From Octopus sinensis (Eukaryota), in the NCBI RefSeq assembly GCF_006345805.1, contig NC_043013.1, positions 4,588,001 to 4,652,000 on the forward strand: a DNA stretch of 64,000 nt, in the 5' to 3' direction. Both the position numbers and the translations under genes were made by a program. The notes under the pieces are model-generated. The model had not been told where the DNA came from and searched no databases. It worked only from the letters and a program-made list of their open reading frames with translations. Shown here piece after piece: positions 61,233 to 64,000 of the stretch (position 1 is the first letter of the stretch; each line of letters begins with the position of its first letter).

Positions 61233-61539
61233 TTAAATTATGCTCAGGAGTAGGTTGGGCAAACTCAGTTACCTAGATTTTTTTTTCCTTAAGATATGTA
61301 GTGCTGTTAAAGTAGACCGAGTTCTCATGTGTCTTTTGTTCCTGTTCATTCAAAACAGATCTGCTTGCCTAGTATGGTGTTGAGCTTATATGTAACTGAA
61401 GCCTATGTCTGGAAGGGAAGGGAAAATATCCATCGGAACTATGACTTAGTTGCATCAATAAATAAAACTTTGATGTAAAGAAAAAGTATGAAGAAAATCT
61501 AATTGAGTATTGAAAGAGTTGGAGTTTTAAAGAAATGTA

Positions 61540-61865
61540 TCAACGTTGCCAGCGCCGCCCTGACTGGCCTCCGTGCCGGTGGCACATAAAAAGCACCATC
61601 CAGTTGTGGTCATTGCCAGCCTCGCCTGGCACGTAAAAAGCACCATCCGATCGTGGCCGTTTGCCAGCCTCGTCTGGCACCTGTGCAGGTGGCACGTAAA
61701 AAGCACCCACTACACTCTCGGAGTGGTTGGCATTAGGAAGGGCATCCAACTGTAGAAACACTGCCAGATCAGACTGGGCCTGGTGCAGCCTACTGGCTCC
61801 CCAGACCCCAGTTGAACCGTCCAACCCATGCTAGCATGGAAAACGGACGTTAAATGATGATGATG
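61540..61865 (+). mobile_element. Family C element with internal tandem units
   Basis: Three GGCAC(G/A)TAAAAAGCAC units; (GAT)n tail. Confidence 0.85.
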
Positions 61866-63683
61866 AAATGGAAGGTGGAGTAACGCTTGAAACAACTAAT
61901 TAATGACACTGTATTTTGGAAATTCTTATGTCAAACAAAATGAAAGATTTTGTTAATGTTCTCAAATAGTATGGAATGTAAAAGTATCCAATGGATCTAG
62001 CTTTGCTCACTAAGAAGATAAAAGTAACTGGAGGTAGTACAAGCAATTTACAGAAGACTACTGAGAATGCAAGATGGTGCATTGATAGATGTAGTTGAGC
62101 CATTGACAATGAAATGAATTGGTGTAAAGGCTACAGTATATATTTTAAACTTAAATTACCTTTGTTGAAAATAACACTATTATCACAGTATGGACAATCA
62201 TAGTCCTTAGGAAAGATTACTTTCAACCAAAATCCATGGCTGCTGTTGCTTCCTGAATACAGAGGTTACTTTTTCACAAAGAAATTGCAGTGAAGATCAG
62301 TTGAAATAGGAAAGGCCTATTGTAGAAGGGTCTTAAGTGATTTCACTTAGAAGTGATTTCACTTAGAAGTAAATGATAAATGGGATTTAGTGTTGGTGAA
62401 ACAAGGTTTCAAAGTTGGGTGCTTAGCTTTTTAGACTGGTTACTAGAAAAATTTACTGTGGAAAAGTTAGGGATTAACTAGATGGGATTCATATCCTGGT
62501 TATTTTTCATGATTTTTACTTAAATGTTGTGCCACTGATTCGAGTATATAGTTTTTTTTGTCTTTTAGTGTAATTGAAGTATTACATAGCATTCATAACA
62601 TTTTATCTTTACATGCACTGGAATAGCATTGTTGAGTATGATGCTATTTGCTTCTAGATAGGCACCTCATAAATCTGTATTGCTTACAGGATAGAATCGG
62701 TTAAAATGCAGGGGAGAAGAGGATTTGAGATAATAGAAGGCAACAAATTGCCTGTAATACTCTAAATGCTTTCAAATGTTGTGTTCTAGGACCTAGATAG
62801 GGTCCTTGGATTTCTTAAGTTATTGGATAGATCTCAAATATTCAAAGAATTTTGCTCTCACTCCCTTATTACAATTGTAATACTTCCCAAGATGTTACAA
62901 GTTACTTTTATATAATTTATTTTCATGCATATTTAAACAGGTTTTGATATTGCAGAGTTTAGCACTGATTAGTATTCTCCAACATTTTTGACATTCTTAT
63001 ATTTTTGTATCTAAAAATTCTGCTTCATTTATCATTTTTGAAGGAAGGCAGTCTAAAGTTTAATCTTGTATACTTGTGGAAAGGAGAATTTGTTTTACTT
63101 AATTTGAAGTTAAAACTTTTTCTAATTAAAAGAAAGAGAAATATATTTCTGTGATCATTGTAGACCTCCAAGACTGATGGATGTTCAGCATGAGCCTTCG
63201 TAGGTTCTTATTCTTTTATTCTTTTACTTGCTTCAGTCATTTGACTGTGGCCATGCTGGATCACCACCTTTAGTCAAAGAAATAATCCCCAGGATTTATT
63301 CTTTGTAAGCCTAGTACAAAGGAACGAAATGAAAAAATGAAAACATTTTACCATCTACTTTCCTGGACCAATTGGTTTCTGATTTTAGTATAGCAAGCAA
63401 ATACCATTTACCCGCTAGGTGAAATCTTTCTCAACAGGTACACCTTAGATTAAATATATAAACACAAGGTGATCAACTATGTGCCTCTTGTTTATACATC
63501 CTAATTTTTTAAAAATCTATTGCGCAGACACAGCCCTTCACTAGCAATAAAAAAATGCCAACTTTTAAAAACTGAAAATTATCCAAAAACTTACAATACT
63601 TAATCATGTCAAAGGGAAATGGAAATTAATTAAAATTTCCATTTAGTCCAAAGACCATGTATTACTCGTAAAATACAGTGTGC

Positions 63684-63912
63684 ATTTAAGTGCATAAGGA
63701 ATCCACTCATGGGATTCGACACGCTAGAAAGAACAGCTAGGTTCTATAACCACAAAATTAGGGATAAAATTCAACAGGAACGAAATGGTAAAGTATTTTT
63801 ATTTTTTTCATTTCGTTCCTGTCGAATTTTATCCCTAATTTGGTGGTTATAGAACCTAGCTGTTCTTTCTAGCATGTTGAATCCCACGAGTGGATTCCTT
63901 ATGCATTTAAAT
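63684..63912. repeat. Long inverted repeat (fold-back/MITE)
   Basis: About 100-bp arms with few mismatches around an AT-rich spacer of about 20 nt. Confidence 0.9.
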
Positions 63913-63924
63913 ATATACATATAC

Positions 63925-63965
<41 letters not shown>

Positions 63966-64000
63966 TATATATACATACATTTATATATATATATTTAAAC

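Overview
AT-rich, repeat-dense animal genomic DNA, most likely an octopus (inferred from the tRNA-derived SINE families, the (TA)n/(TACA)n microsatellite load, and RTE/CR1/Penelope/mariner remnants). There is no prokaryotic feature, CRISPR array, rRNA or true tRNA gene. Three spliced + strand genes can be assembled from splice sites. (1) The 3' end of a probable neuropeptide F/Y precursor (exons 602-675 and 2097-), absent from the ORF track. (2) A complete four-exon gene (about 8210-15983) for an 80-aa secreted peptide with a single CBM14/peritrophin-A chitin-binding domain. (3) The first four coding exons of a USP31/USP43-family deubiquitinase (37095-60608), which continues beyond the window. 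The rest is a mosaic of SINEs, LINE fragments, mariner, hAT, Helitron, Gypsy and Penelope relics and MITEs, several with resolvable nesting and target-site duplications (TSDs). Other points of interest are long fold-back and inverted-SINE structures in USP31 introns (candidate dsRNA/ADAR substrates), degenerate hammerhead-like cores, an 829-bp tandem duplication, a CpG-rich island, and a possible one-base frameshift near the USP31 start. I could not support a clearly new multi-gene system. All alignments were done by eye, family names come from recalled motifs without a database search, and TE boundaries without a stated TSD are approximate.
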